This document shows, one piece after another, positions 1-64,000 of a stretch of 64,000 nt of DNA. Numbering within the stretch: position 1 is the stretch's first letter; each line of letters begins with the position of its first letter. The stretch spans positions 51,212,001-51,276,000 of the forward strand of contig OX597814.1 in NCBI GenBank assembly GCA_951406725.2. The letters are read 5' to 3'. The notes below the pieces were generated by a model. It searched no databases. It was given only the letters and a program-made list of their open reading frames with translations, and was not told the origin of the DNA. Source of the stretch: Octopus vulgaris. Its lineage: Eukaryota. The translations under genes and the position numbers were made by a program.

Positions 1-419
1 CAATTCAACTAAATCATTATACTGGTGACAACCAAAAACCAGAAATAATCAGATTGTTAGACATATGTATACTACATGCTCACCAATTCACACAAACATA
101 CATCTTAATATGTTTGAAATGCATATAGGTAAAAGTACATGTAAACATGCATATGTACACATGGATACAAATGACTATTTACAGGTAAAAATGTTCAGGT
201 CCTAAAATATGTGAAAAAACTGGTATATACAACTTAGAGCATGTAGAGTTTGATACAGCCAGGTGGGTGGGGGTGAGAGGAAAGCCTTGAGTTAAAAAAT
301 TTGTAAGAAAATTATTTAAAACAAACATATCTAAAACATAACTGTTTAAAAGAGGTTATCACAAGTAAAAACATAATTTCATCATGGCAAAAGTAATACA
401 AGGGAAACAACTAATATAA

Positions 420-630
420 GTCGTTTTTGGATTTGGTTTGCAAGATTCTTTATATGAGTTCATGTGTTGAAGCATATTCTGTTGTGTCTGGGGAGAGTCA
501 TTTTCTTTTTGTGCCTTATAACGAAAATTTTAGGAAAATAAAACTAAGAAATAAGTGGAAATGTTACCGGTGAGTGTGTTACATTATATGGCACAAAAAG
601 AAAATGATTCTCCTCAGACACAACAGAACT
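420..630. repeat. Repeat with inverted arms, same family as 38288-38490
   Basis: ttctgttgtgtctggggagagtcattttctttttgtgcc (from ~477) pairs with ggcacaaaaagaaaatgattctcctcagacacaacagaa (to ~628). Confidence 0.7.
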
Positions 631-2202
631 AATATAAGATTTAAAGGAAATGAACAGGATGAAAAACATTTTACAGAACAAGCAGCTAAAATTTAAAAAA
701 AACAAAAAAACAGAACAGCAACAGTAGAATTCCAACAGAATATGGGGGGAAAATGGGAAAATTATCAAGAAGAAAGAAGAAATTAAGCTTGAGGATTGAA
801 AAAGAGTAAAGTCAGGATGAAGATTTCAGGATAAATAGTTAAAAAAAAAAAGGATCAAAATGCTAGTAGCTTTAAGATTCAATACATTTCAGTGTTTCAG
901 TTCAAAAAGGTTCAGAGTACATCACCTATTAGGCAGTTAAAGGTTAGAAAGCAAGAATCTCAATGTGCATCTGTAAAAGTTCAGTTATTCCAATTTCTGC
1001 TTCAAAGTAAACCCATTCTGAAAAAGAATGAAGAATTTCTCACACAAATATAATGGACATCTCACCAGTATGGTAAGAGCCATGATTGTAGGAACTTGAA
1101 GCTCTAAAATAGACCAGAGTATCTTGAAGGGAGTTGAGCTGATTTGTATAAAAGCCCTAGATATATTTGACTAGATACATGAGTAACCTTATAGCCAGAT
1201 ACTTAAAATAAGTTTTGTACATAGTTAACATTTTCTGTCATGAGGCTGACACCAATTGATACTTTTATGCTGTATATTATCTTTTTAGCCAAATAATTAC
1301 CATTTAAAGGTAGTTGCTGTGTTCTATACCATTTCAAGTAGGTGACTGCATATTATTACTGACATCAGAGAGCTTTTTAGTATTAAATTAGTTAATGTAA
1401 GAAAAAAACTTTTACGGCAAGAATAGCTAACTTTCAATTTGAAGACCCTACGCTATCCTCTGAGGAAATGCCAAGTTGCTGAGTTTAGGAATTCTTTAGC
1501 TAAGTTAGTCTTTACTTTAAGGCTGAAAGTTGGATTAAACTATTGACATTTCCAAGTTTGAGTCCTATTTCTAAATTTATTGGGGCTAGCTATATAACAA
1601 GATATACTGTCTTATATTGAAAAGTAAGTATCCAAGAATGCTAAGTAGATGTTTAGAGTATTTGCTAATGTAGAATAATTTCCACTGCTTAAATATTTTA
1701 CCAGAAGAAATTATTCTTCATTTGCAACCTTGTAAAGAGTCAACTATCTACCTATACCTTGTGTCACTCTCTAAGATAGTTAATTCATTGGTAAAGACTA
1801 AATCTACTAATCTTTAAGTTTAAAATAAAATCTACAAAATTTACTTTATTAAGATTAGTTCCATCACAATATCTAAGATTAGTTCTACTACAATATTCTT
1901 CATGCCACTAAAGGACCTAATTATATCTTGCTTCCATTCTGGGAAACAAGCAATCTGTCATCATCCCTGTAAATGTCGCCTCTGAAATTAAGAAATTCCT
2001 TGTGCAAAGAAACCAAAATAAAGATTCATATGATCATGCACAGCTCAGTTTCATTGAAAAACTCTCAACTATTTTTCTTAATCCAGGCCAAATAGTCAAA
2101 ATACAATAGGGATTTCTTAGCTTGCAAACATTAATCACTAATAGGTATGAAAGTTTTAGCCTTTGCTAGAACTTTTAGAGAATGATATATTGATTTCTTT
2201 AA

Positions 2203-2443
2203 CCCTTTGACTGTGAAATTAAATTTCATGGTTAGTCCAGTAGTAATCTTAAATGTCTACCTAAAAATAGAATTGGTATTTTCTAAGTACCACAGTACCT
2301 CAGTAAACTGGACATGTGTCAACAAAAAATAGTTTCAAACACGACAATCCTCAACAAAAGAGAGACTGGTATATAAAACAGCTTTTTGTAGTTAAGGGTA
2401 ATGAAATTTTGAGTGAATATATGTAATTCCTGCAGTAAAAGGG
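2203..2443. mobile_element. piggyBac-like MITE
   Basis: TTAA|CCCTTTGACTG ... CAGTAAAAGGG|TTAA. Confidence 0.6.
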
Positions 2444-3146
2444 TTAATATATGTCAAATCAAATCTAAATGTGTTTTTAACTATTCATATCTTAGTTTTA
2501 GCCACATTAATTTGGTAGAATTTCAGAAAAAACTAAGCTTATGGCCCTTAAGAGTTATAAGAAAGGTAGACAGAGTCAATTCTGTGGTCTTTTTAAGAAC
2601 AGTTGCTATATTTCTAGCCTTTTGATTTATAGAATTATTGATGTTAGCTACTAACACTTTGAACATGTTGGTACTATTACTGGAAATAAATATTTTATAA
2701 ATATCTTCAAAATACCATAGAAGTTCTTATCTGTTAAAACAAAAGTTTTCTTAGAATTTCATAAAAAATGTAAACACTACTTTAGGGAGCTTTAAAAATT
2801 GCCATTAAATTCCTGGAATTTAACTATTTTTATCAAATTAAAAAGATCTGTTATGAACTGCTCTAGATCTTTAATTACTGGACAGGTTATTCTGGATTTC
2901 AATGTGTGTGAGTGTGTGAGTGTGTGTGTGTGTGTGTGTGCATGCGTGTGCGTATGTGTGCAACAGGTTTCCACACAGTTTCACTCAACAAAATTTACTC
3001 ACAAAGCACTGGTTAGCCTGGGGCTATAGTAGAAGATACTTGCTTAAGGCACCACACAGTGGGACTGAGTCAGAACCTTGTGATTGCAAAGTGAACTTCT
3101 AAACCACACTGCTTTTAATTACATCTGTATATACACACCCACATAT

Positions 3147-3359
<213 letters not shown>

Positions 3360-4547
3360 CAATAAAGGTTAATGATTAATGACAGCTCGAAAATCTTTGG
3401 AAGAAGTAAAATGTCTGTACACGTGTTACAGTCATCAAATTATCAAAATAATTAATGACTCTGCCAGTGCTTCCAGTAACTGGACACATTATCTGCAGTC
3501 ATTATAATAAGTAAATCTTAAAAATTATTATAACAGTTAATAAAAATAATTACAGCACAAGACCAATTTTAGTAGTGTCCCAAGTATATTTCAGCTACAG
3601 ACATCTCAAGCATTATGTATGGAAGCAGTGTGTCATAACATGAAATTCTACAATATGAAGCCTATCTCTCTGTTAACTTTTATATTCATCATTGTCATTA
3701 TCATCATACAGTGTTCACATTTTCATGCTTTTATGAGTCAAATAGAATTTGTTGAAGCAGATTTTTCTATGGCTGGATATCTTTCCTATCCCCAACTTTT
3801 ACTTTTTTCCAAGTAAGGTATTATTTTCCCAGAGGTAGACACGTTTATCACAGCAGACTGAAAACGATCGACTTTGCTTGTATGAAGATGGTGTATATTT
3901 ACAATAATCATGTGATGTTAAGACAAGGGTACATACAAACGCACATACATCCATATACATATATATGCTTATGGGCTTCTTTCAGGTTTCACCAAACAAA
4001 TCCACTTGTAAGGCCTTGGTCAGCCCACAGCTATAGTAGAATACATTTTCCCAAGGTACCACATATTGGAACTGAACCCAAGACCACATAGTTGGGAAGC
4101 CAGCTTCTTTACCACAGAGCCACATTAACACATGGATGTTAATGACAAAATAGGCTTCACATTGCAGAATTTCAAATTATGGCAAGACTTTTAGGAATGC
4201 AATACTTCCGTAACATAGGAGATGTCTGTATTATTTCATTCAGCTTGTAGAGATGTAAAGTAAAGTTGACCAAAACAGGATTTTAACTCCAAATATTGAG
4301 GGATATATTATTAAACAGTGTATTGCCTTTAGTATAAGGTTCCATTTCTTCTGTCAACTCACAACCTTTATCATGATATTACATTTATTAATTCCAATTT
4401 ATAATGACTGTGCAGAGGTGAAGTATGCTTTCAGTTCTATTTAGTTGTTTATTTAATGATGCAGTATCAAGCAGAGGTTTGTGATTCAACAGAATTCCTT
4501 AAAATATTGATTTCTACTAAGCTTTAAATTAAATTAATATTTCTTAC

Positions 4548-62642
<58,095 letters not shown>

Positions 62643-62784
62643 CTGAAATAAAACAGAGAGAATGAAAAAGAAAGGCATCAGAGGGGCAATGCATACTCTG
62701 CACGCAGATAAACTTTTTCACAAATTACAGTGTGACTTATAAGGCATTGCTTATCTATGCTTTTTGACTGAATGGAATTTTTTT

Positions 62785-63421
62785 TCATTATAGATATTTA
62801 TACTCCAGTGAAATTAAGAAATCAACTCATAAATAAATTAAACCCTTGAATCCATCAGTGCACACACGTGCACGCGCACACGCACAAACACATACACACA
62901 CACACACACACTGAGTCGCATATCTATGTATGTATGTATGTATGTATGTGTCTATGTGAATAGATACACCATGATGGGGGTCAATTCATATGAAAAAAGA
63001 AAGTGAACAAAATAATATGACCACTTGCTTATCAGGAAATTTGTAAGTTCGATTAAAATTTTAATTTTTTAAAGTATCATACTTATTTATACTCCAGTGA
63101 AATTAAGAAATCAAGTCATAAATTAAGTTTCACCATTATAGGTATTTATACTCTGGTGAAATTAAGAAATCAAGTTGCAAATAAGCAAAACCCTCAAATC
63201 CATCACTACACACACACACATGCATGCACACACACACACACACACACTGTTACATATCTATGTCAGTATTTATGTATCTATGTATGTATGTATGCACACA
63301 TGTCTATGCACATAGGTACACCATGATCTATACACATGCAGATGAGGGTTGATTCATATGAAAAAGAAAGTGAACAAAATAATACGACCACTTGCTTAAT
63401 GGGAAATTTGTAAGTTCGATT
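62785..63421. repeat. Diverged local tandem duplication (~350 bp period)
   Basis: 62785-63055 matches 63135-63421, including gaaagtgaacaaaataata and ggaaatttgtaagttcgatt. Confidence 0.75.
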
Positions 63422-64000
63422 TTAAAAAATTGTTTTTTTCTTAAAAGATAATCAAACCAAATGTTCAGCATTTTGAGCCACTCACCCAATGAGTATTTCT
63501 GCCAAATGTAGTGAAAATCTATTCAGCTATTTTCCAGTAATTTTGCAAACAGACTAAGATGAGTGCTTACAATACCCTGCTTTCGCTTACACACGCAGGG
63601 TAATGCAAAGTCATTTCCCATTTATATACACAACAAAGTTGGCTGGTTTTCTCTTTTGCTGTTATGTCAGATAATAAAGGACTATACCATGTGGTGAAAT
63701 GTGCAAGATCTGCCAAACCTATACCAGCATTGATGAGTGGATGTAGGATGACAGCTACCAGCATTTCTTATCAGACTCTCCCCCCTCTCTCTCTCTCTCT
63801 TCTAGTTACATATCATTCTCTCTTATTCAAACTCCCCATCCTCTGCCCATCTCTTGTTCCACACTCTCCAATATTTTCACTCTCACACTTCAGCCTCTCT
63901 CTTCTACCCTCTATGTCTCATTTCTCTCCCAACAACTGCTTATAGCATTCTTATAGCATTCTATAACTGACTTTAACAATGTAGTTTGTGACTGAGAGCC

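Noticed and set aside
63567-63945. Upstream LRRK2 exon or separate ORF
   Set aside because: No ARM-like translation or convincing splice pair; it looks like decayed repeat sequence.

Overview
AT-rich, microsatellite- and SINE-dense animal genomic DNA. The repeat families look cephalopod/Octopus-like, which is an inference from the repeat landscape. The window lies inside one large minus-strand gene encoding an LRRK2-type ROCO kinase. I read 40 GT-AG exons by hand between 62642 and 4548 (4459 nt, about 1486 codons, phases consistent). They cover ARM repeats, ankyrin, a Ser-rich linker, LRRs, ROC GTPase (GYGGHGKTT, WDFAGQ, VGTHYD), COR and the start of the kinase (GKGEYG, VAVK). I found neither gene end in the window. 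The introns hold a decayed RTE LINE with a PHD finger, CR1-like and R4/Dong-like LINE tails, pogo and mariner relics, MITEs, a Helitron-like element and many tRNA-derived SINEs. The standout is a (TA)n-flanked array at 7697-9236 of about 2.8 near-identical 514-534 bp units with an inverted head. Each unit carries an intact type I hammerhead ribozyme with an unusually long helix II, consistent with a retrozyme or Penelope pseudo-LTR antisense to the kinase gene. A second, unrelated long-helix-II hammerhead sits at 39589-39680, and several decayed ones occur elsewhere. All calls were made by eye, and comparisons to human LRRK2 are from memory and need alignment.
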